From Gammaproteobacteria bacterium (GTDB lineage Bacteria; Pseudomonadota; Gammaproteobacteria; UBA4575): DNA of 64,000 bases. Each line of letters starts with the position of its first letter. Position 1 is the first letter of the stretch. The notes under the pieces are model-generated. The model did not search any database and was not told where the DNA came from. It saw only the letters and a list, made by a program, of their open reading frames with translations. The DNA lies in NCBI GenBank assembly GCA_965222615.1, contig CBDCUI010000008.1, positions 224,001-288,000 on the forward strand, in the 5' to 3' direction. A program made the translations under genes and the position numbers. Positions 29,251 through 39,447 of the stretch are shown here, in pieces.

Positions 29251-30456
29251 TTGGAAAAGATGAGGGATGCAATGAATTCTATATGGAGTTGGATAGAGTC
29301 ACGTAATGGAATTACGTCATTAAAATGCTCTTTTATATGCATGACACTAGTCATTGCACTCGTTGGCTGCTCTGGCGGCGGCGGTAGTGGTGGCGGTGCA
29401 GTGGGTGGAAATACCGCACCATCAATCACCGCGGGTTGCTCAAGCACAAACCAGTCAGATCAGTTGATGGGGACGTTGGTTGCTTCGGATGCTGATCCGA
29501 TATCTTTTAGTCTGGACGTGAATGCTCCTATGGTCGCAGGGCCAGTGGCTACTGCAAATGGAGGAATGGTTGAATTGACCGATGTTACGACAGGTGCGTT
29601 TACCTATACACCTCCAGCACAAGGCGTTGGTCCTCGTGGAAGGGATTCATTCCAGTTTCGTGTAGATGACCCAACCTCATTTAGTATTGCAACTGAAATG
29701 GTTATTGTTAATCCTAAAATTATGCCTTTAGGAGATTCTATTACTCTGGGTACTGGTGGCGGTGCTGTACCTCCAGCAGGTGAAGAAGTCGCCTATCGTT
29801 TGCAGTTACTCAATCGATTGGTAGATGCAGGCCAAGCTGGTGGTGCGTACTCGTTTGAGTATGTGGGTGAGGAGTCTTCAGGGGCAAACTTATTACCTGC
29901 AGGCCAGACATCGCATGCCGGTTATGGTGGATGTCGAGATCAGGATATTGCTGGCTTAGATAATTGCTTTGGTTTAGCACCAAATTTGACTGGTATCTAT
30001 GATGAACTGGAACAAAATCCTGCCGACATTGTATTGTTACATATCGGTACCAATCCCCCAGTCGTAGATCCTGACCCAACTGACTTAGAGACAATTCTGA
30101 ATGAAATAGGACGCTGGGAAGATAGTGCAAATGGTAATCCGGTGTCCATTGTAGTTATGCAAATTATTCCTAAAATGTCTGCTGATCCACAAGTGCAAGT
30201 TTATAACACAAATGTGATCGCTCGAATTACAGATAGGTTGATGAATAATCCTGTAGGCCTACCTGATCAGATTGTCTATGGAGGCAATGAAGCCAATGTA
30301 GATATGTATACTGCGTTTGGTGGAGCCACACCGAATGCGGCCTTGTATCAAGATGGGTTACATCCAAATACTGCTGGCTTTACTATCATGGGCGATATGC
30401 TATATAGCGTTTTAACAGGAACGAATCGTCCAGCGATTCTGCAACAGTGTCCATAA
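29251..30456 (+). CDS. Lipoprotein with Ig/cadherin-like domain and SGNH/GDSL hydrolase domain
   Basis: Lipobox LVGC + Gly-rich linker, GAFTYTP...DSFQFRV, GDSIT, HIGTN, DGLHPN; start codon uncertain. Confidence 0.8.
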   Translation: MEKMRDAMNSIWSWIESRNGITSLKCSFICMTLVIALVGCSGGGGSGGGAVGGNTAPSITAGCSSTNQSDQLMGTLVASDADPISFSLDVNAPMVAGPVATANGGMVELTDVTTGAFTYTPPAQGVGPRGRDSFQFRVDDPTSFSIATEMVIVNPKIMPLGDSITLGTGGGAVPPAGEEVAYRLQLLNRLVDAGQAGGAYSFEYVGEESSGANLLPAGQTSHAGYGGCRDQDIAGLDNCFGLAPNLTGIYDELEQNPADIVLLHIGTNPPVVDPDPTDLETILNEIGRWEDSANGNPVSIVVMQIIPKMSADPQVQVYNTNVIARITDRLMNNPVGLPDQIVYGGNEANVDMYTAFGGATPNAALYQDGLHPNTAGFTIMGDMLYSVLTGTNRPAILQQCP

Positions 30457-30490
30457 ATTAATTAAGTTAAATATTTAAATTAAAAATAAT

Positions 30491-30545
30491 GTTAGTAGGG
30501 TTTGATTCTGTAGTTAAATTAACTTTAAATATGAACCCTACTAAC
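30491..30545. terminator. Inverted repeat after the SGNH lipoprotein gene (terminator or stabilising hairpin)
   Basis: GTTAGTAGGGTT 30491-30502 / AACCCTACTAAC 30534-30545, with inner palindrome AGTTAA-A-TTAACT; no clear U-tract. Confidence 0.45.
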
Positions 30546-30838
30546 TGCATTCCTATAATAATTAATAACATCTCCAATAACTCTAAAGTAAAAGTGTTGT
30601 AAAAAATAGTTAATCGTTCTAACTATTAAAAATATAAATCACTCCTACTTTATAATATAACTTACTATTTTACTTAAGAATTAATAGCATGCCCCTTTCA
30701 TCCAAATAGTTTTGAGCATATAAAAATTTATTGTTTGGATGTAAAATTAATTTCACAATTGATCGCGAATTTCTTAACTGTATGTGAGAAAATAACGTAT
30801 TGGTTTCCAGGACAGTAATTTTATTAGCATAAAAATAA

Positions 30839-33349
30839 ATGGTCATATTTAAAGCCATATCTGCCGTTTTTTATAAAAAACTCCTTTTCGTTTTAATTTT
30901 ATTTTTTACAACTTCGACTTTGTATGCAGCAGTCATACCCCAGTCGGGTTGGAGTCTTTTATATGTAGATAGTGAGCAGTTACCGGAATTTCCGGCCACC
31001 AATGCCTTTGATGGGGATCCTAGTACGAAATGGCACACCGCGATGGGTAGTTCGAATCCGGGGCATCCGCATGAGATCCAAATCGATTTAGGCGCCATTT
31101 ACGACATTGATGGTTTTCGTTATTTGCCACGTCAATGGCCTGAGAGCAAAGATGGAACGATATATAGATATAGCTTTTATGTGAGTGGGGATGGAGTAAA
31201 TTGGCTCAAAGTACTAGATGGTTCCTTTAAACCAAAAAATCGTACTGAGAAAGAAGTATTATTTTCGACGCAGACAGCACGCTATATAAGGCTAGTGGCT
31301 AAAAAAGAGATTCAGGGAAATCCTTGGACCTCTATGGCTGAATTGAATGTTTTAGGAACTATAGTATCTGGTAATCAGGCACCCAATGGGGTCATAGATA
31401 GCCCCACAGGCAATGTCAGTATCAATGCTGGGGAAACTGTAAACTTTGCTGGTACAGGATCGGATCCAGATGGGGATCCTTCTCTCATTTATTTATGGGA
31501 TTTTGATGGTGGCGCCCCCAACTCGACTGCAGAAGACCCTGGATCTATACAATTTAATAATCCAGGTACTTATAACGTCACATTCACGGTAACCGATTCT
31601 TCAAATGTATCAGATCCCACTCCAGGTCAAAGAACGATTACCGTTACTAACAATGGTGGTTGTGGCAGCCTATTTGTAGAAATCACCAAGCCGCTTACAA
31701 AAGCAATACAAGCGCCACCAAATTTTACGGTTACTACTAATGCATGTTTAGACAGTCAAAATCATAGTGGTGTCAAGTTCAAACTCGATGGTGGAAATTC
31801 GCAGGGAGGTGCAGAAATTACTGATCTCTCATCACCTTATGCGGCTGTATTTTCAAATGTACCCATGACTGATGGTCATACTATTGAAGCTGTAATCATA
31901 GACAATAATGGCAATGAAGTTTCTGGACAGAATACTAGCGATACCGTTACCCAAATTGGTTCTGGAGATTATTATGTTGCCATCGGAGATAGCATAACCT
32001 TTGGCGTAGGGGATAATATTTCCTCGGATGACACCTCACAAGATGGACGCAACCAAAGCCAAGGATATACTCCGATTCTCAACGATTTACTGACACAGTC
32101 TAAATCTTATCCCCATACGGTAGTCAATAAGGGAGTGTCAGGACACAAATCGATTGAGGGTTTAAGTTTATTGCCCTCGATTATAGCTGAGCATCCAGAC
32201 GCACGGTTTTATCTCATTCAATATGGCACCAATGATGCCACAGGGGGCGGTGTGATCCCTGTTCCGTCGGGTCTTGGCTTAAATTCAGGTGACCCAGGTT
32301 ATCCAGGCACCTATAAACACAATATGCAACAGATTATCGATCTAATTAGAAACTCTTCTGGGGTGAGTAAGGAGCCCTATTTAGCCAAATTGCCATATGC
32401 ACCCACTGCACCAAACCTGAGTCAGCGGATGGCTGAATATAATTTAGTAATTGATGAGCTCGTCTCTGCGAATTCCATTGCCGTGACACCGCCGGATTTC
32501 TATGCATATTTTCAAGCTAATCCGAACCAGTTCCATGACAATGTCCACCCAAATGGGGCAGGGTATCAGGGTATGGCTGGACTATGGGCGAATTCGCTGA
32601 GTTCCTTTAATCAGGCACCTAATGGTGTCATTAACAGCCCTACATCGAGTGTCAGCATCAATGTAGGCCAGTCTGTGAGTTTTACCGGTACGGGTTCTGA
32701 TCCAGACGGTGATACTTCTTTAACGTATTTTTGGTATTTCGGGGGTGGCGCACCCAATTCCACCGCAGAAGATCCTGGACCGGTTCAATTCAATAATCCC
32801 GGTACATATAACGTTACCTTTACCGTTACTGATTCTTTAGGCTTAGCAGATCCAACCCCAGCGCAGCGTACGATTGTAGTTGGAGGTGGCTCCAGTGGCG
32901 GTGTTATTCCCCAGTCGGGTTGGAGTCTTTTATATGTAGATAGTGAGCAGTTACCGGAATTTCCGGCCACCAATGCCTTTGATGGGGATCCTAGTACGAA
33001 ATGGCACACCGCGATGGGTAGTTCGAATCCGGGGCATCCGCATGAGATCCAAATCGATTTAGGCGCCATTTACGACATTGATGGTTTTCGTTATTTGCCA
33101 CGTCAATGGCCTGAGAGCAAAGATGGAACGATATATAGATATAGCTTTTATGTGAGTGGGGATGGAGTAAATTGGCTCAAAGTACTAGATGGTTCCTTTA
33201 AACCAAAAAATCGTACTGAGAAAGAAGTATTATTTTCGACGCAGACAGCACGCTATATAAGGCTAGTGGCTAAAAAAGAGATTCAGGGAAATCCTTGGAC
33301 CTCTATGGCTGAATTGAATGTTCTTGGTGTGTTCTCTTCTGGGCCTTAA
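30839..33349 (+). CDS. Secreted modular esterase: F5/8C(CBM32)-PKD-Ig-SGNH-PKD-F5/8C
   Basis: Signal peptide; NAFDGDPSTKWHT...IQIDLG...ARYIRL discoidin domain twice; WDFDGG/WYFGGG...PGTYNVTFTVTD PKD domain twice; GDSIT, GTND, DNVHPN SGNH blocks. Confidence 0.88.
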   Translation: MVIFKAISAVFYKKLLFVLILFFTTSTLYAAVIPQSGWSLLYVDSEQLPEFPATNAFDGDPSTKWHTAMGSSNPGHPHEIQIDLGAIYDIDGFRYLPRQWPESKDGTIYRYSFYVSGDGVNWLKVLDGSFKPKNRTEKEVLFSTQTARYIRLVAKKEIQGNPWTSMAELNVLGTIVSGNQAPNGVIDSPTGNVSINAGETVNFAGTGSDPDGDPSLIYLWDFDGGAPNSTAEDPGSIQFNNPGTYNVTFTVTDSSNVSDPTPGQRTITVTNNGGCGSLFVEITKPLTKAIQAPPNFTVTTNACLDSQNHSGVKFKLDGGNSQGGAEITDLSSPYAAVFSNVPMTDGHTIEAVIIDNNGNEVSGQNTSDTVTQIGSGDYYVAIGDSITFGVGDNISSDDTSQDGRNQSQGYTPILNDLLTQSKSYPHTVVNKGVSGHKSIEGLSLLPSIIAEHPDARFYLIQYGTNDATGGGVIPVPSGLGLNSGDPGYPGTYKHNMQQIIDLIRNSSGVSKEPYLAKLPYAPTAPNLSQRMAEYNLVIDELVSANSIAVTPPDFYAYFQANPNQFHDNVHPNGAGYQGMAGLWANSLSSFNQAPNGVINSPTSSVSINVGQSVSFTGTGSDPDGDTSLTYFWYFGGGAPNSTAEDPGPVQFNNPGTYNVTFTVTDSLGLADPTPAQRTIVVGGGSSGGVIPQSGWSLLYVDSEQLPEFPATNAFDGDPSTKWHTAMGSSNPGHPHEIQIDLGAIYDIDGFRYLPRQWPESKDGTIYRYSFYVSGDGVNWLKVLDGSFKPKNRTEKEVLFSTQTARYIRLVAKKEIQGNPWTSMAELNVLGVFSSGP
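30938..31351 (+). repeat. 414-bp direct repeat, copy 1 (F5/8C domain)
   Basis: No mismatch found by eye against 32909-33322 (offset 1971). Confidence 0.93.
32909..33322 (+). repeat. 414-bp direct repeat, copy 2 (F5/8C domain)
   Basis: No mismatch found by eye against 30938-31351. Confidence 0.93.
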
Positions 33350-33362
33350 GAGGTAAGTTGTC

Positions 33363-33767
33363 ATGCTTAAAAAAATTATTCTATGCGGCTTTGTGATAAT
33401 AGGCATACTGCATGTAACAGCTGTATTACCTGCTGAAGACCCTATTATCGATAATACAATAACACCATTTTTTGAAGCATTAAAAAATGGAGACGTAAAA
33501 ACTATAGAAACTTATATTGATGAACCATTGTATTCACAAATCAAAGTGCTGTTAACAAAAAACCAAAAATATCCAGAATATCTACGTAAATACTATACAG
33601 ATACATATGTGGATGTTACCGGCATTAAAGATCTAACAGATAAAAAGAAAGATGTGAATGTAGAAATTCATTTTCCTGATAATTACATTGAAGCGATAAT
33701 CTTACATCTAAGTCAAGTAAGTACTGGTGAATGGAAGATCACAGAACAGACAGTAATAACTAATTAA
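33363..33767 (+). CDS. Small exported hypothetical protein (possibly NTF2-like)
   Basis: Signal peptide, FFEALKNGD...GEWKI pattern; SD GAGG upstream. Confidence 0.65.
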   Translation: MLKKIILCGFVIIGILHVTAVLPAEDPIIDNTITPFFEALKNGDVKTIETYIDEPLYSQIKVLLTKNQKYPEYLRKYYTDTYVDVTGIKDLTDKKKDVNVEIHFPDNYIEAIILHLSQVSTGEWKITEQTVITN

Positions 33768-34286
33768 CACTTTATTTATATAACTGCATTTACTTTTATA
33801 AAGTAACACTTAGATTAGGTTTAGCTTAAATTTCTCTAATCTTAAATTACCTTAAATTTCCAATCCTAAGCTATGATTTATTCTAGAGAGCAAATACGAA
33901 CAGCAAAACAACATGGTAAAGCAGCTTTTACATTTTACAAATCAGTGCTTATTAAATACAAAACTAGATTAAGTTTAACCAAATAGTGTTATCATTCTTC
34001 TTATTAAGTCTCAATATTACTAGCTTTATCATCTTAAATCGCACCCAACCTGAATTAGATCAGATTAGCTATTTTTAAATAGCATAATTAGTAAAAGTAT
34101 TGCCTAGCACACTTACAGATGTTAATTATAAGTGTCGATAAAGAATCAGATATATTTGATATCCAGTCCAACTGGAATCGAGGCCTCACAAGTGAGAAGA
34201 TAGTTTTGTAATTAATTTCTTTTGTATTGATGTGTAGGCTCTATCTTATGAAGAGTATTTCTAAGCTACTGTTTTAAATATTAGAT

Positions 34287-34952
34287 ATGTCTTTTGGATT
34301 AAAACGAGCATGGTCAGTATTTTGGATGCGCCTTTCCGGTATAAGCAAGTTTGGGAAGGTGGCAACGTGGCTAGCGAGTCTATTTACACCGCCGTATATT
34401 GGACGACGTAAACTCGCTGCTCTTCATCCGAACGGATATATTTCTCCATTTGCAACTATTCACCATAATTCCTTTTTTTCATCGAAAAAAGTTTTTATAG
34501 ATGATTACGTTTTGATTTATCAAGCTAAAGAGGGGGGAGAAGTCATGTTAGCAGAGGATGTTAATATATATCGGAACACTATTATGCAAACTGGTGAATG
34601 CGGTACTATCCAAATAGGTGCATTCACTGCCATACAGCCGCATTGCAATTTTTCAGCATATGTTTCTTCTATCATAATAGGTGAACATGTACAGATTGCG
34701 CCTAGGTGTAGTTTTTATTCATACAACCACGGTTTTAAAAAAGATCAATCAATATATAGTCAGCCACTAGAATCAAAAGGCGACATTGTGATAGAAGACG
34801 GTGCTTGGTTAGGTGTTGGGGTAACTGTATTAGATAATGTGAAAATTGGTGCAGGTGCTGTTATTGGCGCAGGTGCAGTTGTTACTAGTGATGTTCCAGA
34901 AGGCACGATTGCTACAGGGGTGCCAGCAAAAATCATAGGCACGAGAAAATAA
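34287..34952 (+). CDS. Hexapeptide-repeat (LbH) acyltransferase
   Basis: IVIEDGAWLGVGVTVLDNVKIGAGAVIGAGAVVT...GVPAKII. Confidence 0.92.
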   Translation: MSFGLKRAWSVFWMRLSGISKFGKVATWLASLFTPPYIGRRKLAALHPNGYISPFATIHHNSFFSSKKVFIDDYVLIYQAKEGGEVMLAEDVNIYRNTIMQTGECGTIQIGAFTAIQPHCNFSAYVSSIIIGEHVQIAPRCSFYSYNHGFKKDQSIYSQPLESKGDIVIEDGAWLGVGVTVLDNVKIGAGAVIGAGAVVTSDVPEGTIATGVPAKIIGTRK

Positions 34953-35011
34953 GCCATGAATTTGTATTTTTAAAAAAGTTAGTTCATCAGACAAGTATTA
35001 AGCTTTGATAA

Positions 35012-35986
35012 ATGTCTTCAAGCAGCCCATTGGTAAGTATAGTAACGCCAGTTTATAACGGTGAGAAATATTTATCGGAGTGCATCGAAAGTATTTTAAA
35101 TCAGTCATATGAGCACTGGGAGTACGTCATAGTTAACAATTGTAGTACAGACCGCACATTAGAAATTGCTCAACAATATGCACAACGTGAATCAAAAATA
35201 AGAGTTAGTACTAATAAAAAATTTTTAGATTTAATGCCAAACTGGAATCATGCCCTTAGACAAATTTCAACGAAGAGTAAATATTGCAAAGTAGTTCATG
35301 CGGATGACTTATTGTGGCCGGACTGTATTGAAAAAATGGTACTCCTTGCTGAAAAAAATCCTTCAGTAAGCATCATTGGGTCGTATTACCTCAAAGGAAA
35401 GCAAGTAAAGGGGATTGGCATTCCTTATCCTACATCTGTGATTTCAGGACATGACATTTGTCGATCAACTTTAAGAAAAGATTATTATGTTTTTGGGTCT
35501 CCATCCTCTACACTAATACGATCAAATTTAATTCAAGGTAAGGAAAAATTTTACAATGAAGATAATTATCATGCGGACGTAGAAGTTTGTTTTGAAATAT
35601 TAAAAGATTTTGATTTTGGATTTGTGCATCAGATATTAAGCTACACCAGAATGCATGATGATACCCAGACATCGACCAAAGCTGAAAAATTAGATACCAA
35701 TATGCTTGAGAATTTGAAGATGTTTGTAAAATATGGTCCTATGTATCTAGATGATATTGAATATCAGAATTGTTTGGGAAAAAGATTAAGAGCCTATAGA
35801 AACAAGCTTGGGAAAAGTTATTTAAATGGTAGAAATAAGGATTACATTCAATATCATAAAGTAGGATTAGATAAAATCGGAATAACTTTTGGAAGCAAAG
35901 ATATAGCTTTTGCCATTATTTCACAAATTCTAGATAAAATACTTAACCCAAAGAGAACAGTTGAGCAAATCTTTAAAAGGTTTTAA
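35012..35986 (+). CDS. Glycosyltransferase family 2
   Basis: VSIVTPVYNGEKYLSECIESIL, NNCSTD, HADD. Confidence 0.92.
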   Translation: MSSSSPLVSIVTPVYNGEKYLSECIESILNQSYEHWEYVIVNNCSTDRTLEIAQQYAQRESKIRVSTNKKFLDLMPNWNHALRQISTKSKYCKVVHADDLLWPDCIEKMVLLAEKNPSVSIIGSYYLKGKQVKGIGIPYPTSVISGHDICRSTLRKDYYVFGSPSSTLIRSNLIQGKEKFYNEDNYHADVEVCFEILKDFDFGFVHQILSYTRMHDDTQTSTKAEKLDTNMLENLKMFVKYGPMYLDDIEYQNCLGKRLRAYRNKLGKSYLNGRNKDYIQYHKVGLDKIGITFGSKDIAFAIISQILDKILNPKRTVEQIFKRF

Positions 35987-36039
35987 TTATAATATGTTTG
36001 CGCTGTGTATCTGGCAGGTAAAGTATAGCGTTATAAACA

Positions 36040-37080
36040 CTAATTAGATACATACTCGTATAAAGTTTTAATTTTTTTTGCCACATTTGGCCAGGAAAAA
36101 TTCATTGCGTGTGTTCTGCTATTGTGACTAAGCTCATGAAGTTCTTTTTTATTTCCATGCAGTGAATAAATGATGTCTGCTAAAGTTTTTGAGTCTCCTT
36201 TAGGGGCGAGCACACTACAATTATTGGTTATATAATCTTTAACGCCAGGTAGGTCAGTGGTGATTATCGGTAAACCACATGACATACCTTCCAAAAGTGC
36301 GTTGTTTGCAGTGCAATCTAACAGAGGTAGAAGTAGTATGTCAGCTGACTGATAAAGATGAAGTAATTCTTCATCGTTGATAGAGCTATAAAAATCAACA
36401 TTTTCCATACCATTAAAATTAGTACGATATTTATCTGGAGCAACAATTATAAATTGTATCTCTTTTGATTTAAGCGATTTAGCTACGTTTGCTAGAGTTT
36501 GAAAGTCTCGAAGATGACCTCCAACAGATATACAACGTAAGTTTTCATGTTTATTTTTCTTTACATTGGGGTGGAAATAATCTGTATCAATACCATGTGG
36601 TACAAAGTGAACGCGTTCAGACCCAACTATGTCTGCAAAAAAGTCATACTGAACTGTAGAAACAACAACTATTGCATCGAGTAACTTAAGAAACTTATAG
36701 TCAGTGATAAGTTCTTTAAAGCGACTAGGTGGAGTATGGTAAGTGCAAATTATATAATTTTTTGGTTTGAGAGACTTAAATTTTCCAAGGTATCTAAAAG
36801 AATTTTCTCCATAGAGAAAGTGAAAAATCTGTTGGTTGCTTATCATCCACTTCTGAGCGGCATTCACTTCGGTTATGAAATTTGCACGGCGATACCAAAG
36901 AGATCTCGAACTCTTTATTTTTGATAAGAATAAGCGCACTAACACTCTTTGTGGCAGTGTTAAATTTTTTGTTGTGGTTATGACATCTGCATCTAGATAA
37001 CTTACCAATTGATCATAACCAGATACGTTTGCATGATGTTGCATCCTCAATGTAATAATATTTACGTTTAAATCATGCAT
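36040..37080 (-). CDS. Glycosyltransferase family 4
   Basis: VPHGIDTDYF, NNALLEGMSCGLPII, FSW. Confidence 0.9.
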   Translation of the reverse strand: MHDLNVNIITLRMQHHANVSGYDQLVSYLDADVITTTKNLTLPQRVLVRLFLSKIKSSRSLWYRRANFITEVNAAQKWMISNQQIFHFLYGENSFRYLGKFKSLKPKNYIICTYHTPPSRFKELITDYKFLKLLDAIVVVSTVQYDFFADIVGSERVHFVPHGIDTDYFHPNVKKNKHENLRCISVGGHLRDFQTLANVAKSLKSKEIQFIIVAPDKYRTNFNGMENVDFYSSINDEELLHLYQSADILLLPLLDCTANNALLEGMSCGLPIITTDLPGVKDYITNNCSVLAPKGDSKTLADIIYSLHGNKKELHELSHNSRTHAMNFSWPNVAKKIKTLYEYVSN

Positions 37081-37477
37081 TATGCTTAGTCAGGCTTATT
37101 TAAAGTATGTTAAATAAATTTAGCTTAATTTTATGATGAAATGTACTAAAAAGCATAAAGATAAATTCGATTTTTAAGTTTTTCTATGATCCGATAATAA
37201 TTATCAGTAAAAGTGTATAGGTCGTCTGATATTAACCAAACATGATTGAAAACCATGTACTACTATGTTATCAACGGTGCTAACTCTTAAAGTAATTTTG
37301 CTTGATCTATTAGTGCGTAACAGTACTTATAAAATGTATAGTTCTTCTATGATTTGCGCCTTAGTATTAAACAAAATAAGTAGTCTGCGATAATAAAGCT
37401 TATAATATAAAGCCACAATTATTTATAAAAACATTTAAATTATTATTTATCAAACCAGAAATATTATCAATTTATGC

Positions 37478-38383
37478 ATGAATAAAAAATCTTATCCAAA
37501 CTTTTTATGCATAGGAGCACAAAAAGCTGGTACTACTTGGCTCTTTATTAACTTGCTTCAGCATCCGGAGATTTGGTTGCCGCCTATTAAAGAAATTCAT
37601 TATTTGAGTCGATTAGATCAAGGTAAGTTAGCAGGCTTTAAGCGCCTTATGGTAAAAGGATGGCGGCAAAAGTTATATCACACTTTTAAACGCGATATTA
37701 CTAATTTTTCTTACCGTAATCTCGTTTGGGATTTTAAATATTACTTTGGGTTAAGAAGCGATAGATGGTATGAGTCTATTTTTGAGCCAGGAAGAAATAA
37801 AATTTCGGGTGATATAACACCAGCCTATTCAAAAATGGATGGACGTGCAGTTGCTCATGCGTATTCAATTATGCCACAAGCAAAAATCATTTTTATAATG
37901 CGAGATCCGATTGAACGGGCGTGGTCACATGTAAAAATGAGTTTTGATAAAAAAAGAGACCTTTACAAGAAAAGTGGTGGGAATTTTGATGATATTGATA
38001 ATAGTGTCTTGACTCAGCATTTTAACAAAAAGGAAGTGGTGCTAAGGGGGAACTATTTAAGAACGATTAGAATTTGGGAAAGCCATTATCCTCTAGAACA
38101 GATTTTCTACGCATTTAACGAAGATATAGCGCGTCGCCCACGAGAATTATTATTAGAGATTTATAGATTTATTGGGGTTACTGCGGAAGATTCATATATC
38201 CCTAAGCAAGTTGAAAGGAAAGTGACAGCAGGTAGCGGTTATAAAATACCACTTGCCGTGAATAAGTACCTGGCTGAGTTTTATTACGATCAGATTGAGC
38301 AATTAGCAAAACGATTTTCATCACTCGAAACAAATTACCCAGAAGAGTGGCTCAATAAAGCAGAAGGGGTGCTTCGCTCATGA
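37478..38383 (+). CDS. Sulfotransferase (no. 1)
   Basis: 5'-PSB GAQKAGTTWL, KEIHY, DITPAY, 3'-PB RDPIERAWS. Confidence 0.92.
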   Translation: MNKKSYPNFLCIGAQKAGTTWLFINLLQHPEIWLPPIKEIHYLSRLDQGKLAGFKRLMVKGWRQKLYHTFKRDITNFSYRNLVWDFKYYFGLRSDRWYESIFEPGRNKISGDITPAYSKMDGRAVAHAYSIMPQAKIIFIMRDPIERAWSHVKMSFDKKRDLYKKSGGNFDDIDNSVLTQHFNKKEVVLRGNYLRTIRIWESHYPLEQIFYAFNEDIARRPRELLLEIYRFIGVTAEDSYIPKQVERKVTAGSGYKIPLAVNKYLAEFYYDQIEQLAKRFSSLETNYPEEWLNKAEGVLRS

Positions 38384-38457
38384 AGAGAATATATACAGTA
38401 TAATTTAAAAATTAGATAAACTTCAGAATATAGTTTGAAATTAAGTTCAGTAAGTAA

Positions 38458-39291
38458 ATGACTTTGTCTAGTTTAAAGTATGTGAAATTAAATAATTTAA
38501 ATATTGATCTTAGTCATTTCCCTAATTTTTTGGTTATTGGTCCACAGCGTACGGGAACTACCTGGTTGTATAAAAATCTTATTCGACATCCAGAAGTGTT
38601 CATGAGTAAAGAAAAAGAAATTCATTTTTTTAATATGTTAAACAAGACTCAACATGTTAAATACAGATCAGCTGATTTGGGCTGGTATTTGAAGTTCTTT
38701 TACGACACACCACTTTCCTATGTGCAAAAGTATCTAAGCTGCTACCTAAGATATCAAAAGGTGTATAAGCCAAAGATTAGAGGAGAAGCTTGTGCAAGCT
38801 ATGCCGCTATGGAAGAAGATTTGGTTTCGGAGGTGATTACACTAAATCCAGAAATAAAGATCATTCTCATGATCAGAGATCCTTTGCAAAGAGCATGGTC
38901 ACATGCAAAAAAGGATTTAGTAAAACGTAGAAGATTGCAATCCATAAATGAAGTTTCCGAAGATGAGATCGAGTATTTTCTCAAAGATCCGTATCAGGTT
39001 GCATGTGGAAAGTACACAATGGCAATCGATAAATGGTCAACACAGCTACAAGATGGAAACCTCTTTATTGGTTTGTTTGATGAAATTATTCATGCTCCTA
39101 AGGAATTACTTAAAAAAATCTTCATCTTTCTAGGATTAGACTACGATGCAGCCTATGTTCAAGCTGCAGAAGTACAAGTCAATACCACTAGTACAGATAC
39201 TCTACCTTTGCAATATAGTAAAATGTTATACGCAATTTTTCAGGATGAATTAGAGGAACTTAATTCTAGATATGGATTCCATTGGGATTGA
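38458..39291 (+). CDS. Sulfotransferase (no. 2)
   Basis: GPQRTGTTWL, KEIHFF, RDPLQRAWS. Confidence 0.92.
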   Translation: MTLSSLKYVKLNNLNIDLSHFPNFLVIGPQRTGTTWLYKNLIRHPEVFMSKEKEIHFFNMLNKTQHVKYRSADLGWYLKFFYDTPLSYVQKYLSCYLRYQKVYKPKIRGEACASYAAMEEDLVSEVITLNPEIKIILMIRDPLQRAWSHAKKDLVKRRRLQSINEVSEDEIEYFLKDPYQVACGKYTMAIDKWSTQLQDGNLFIGLFDEIIHAPKELLKKIFIFLGLDYDAAYVQAAEVQVNTTSTDTLPLQYSKMLYAIFQDELEELNSRYGFHWD

Positions 39292-39447
39292 ATTAGCCAA
39301 CTGACTTTCGCAAACTCTCATTGGTATGAGGTAATGCACACTTTTTTAGTTAATAGTCAGCTACACTATGTGGTTGTTTATCAATGTAGTTAATTTCTTT
39401 TTATCGATGAATATGTTTTTCGCGGTTACTTTGTTAAATAAATACAA

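Noticed and set aside
30938-33322. Repeat pair as a diversity-generating retroelement TR/VR
   Set aside because: The copies show no adenine-specific (or any) mismatches, both are coding, and no reverse transcriptase is in the window.
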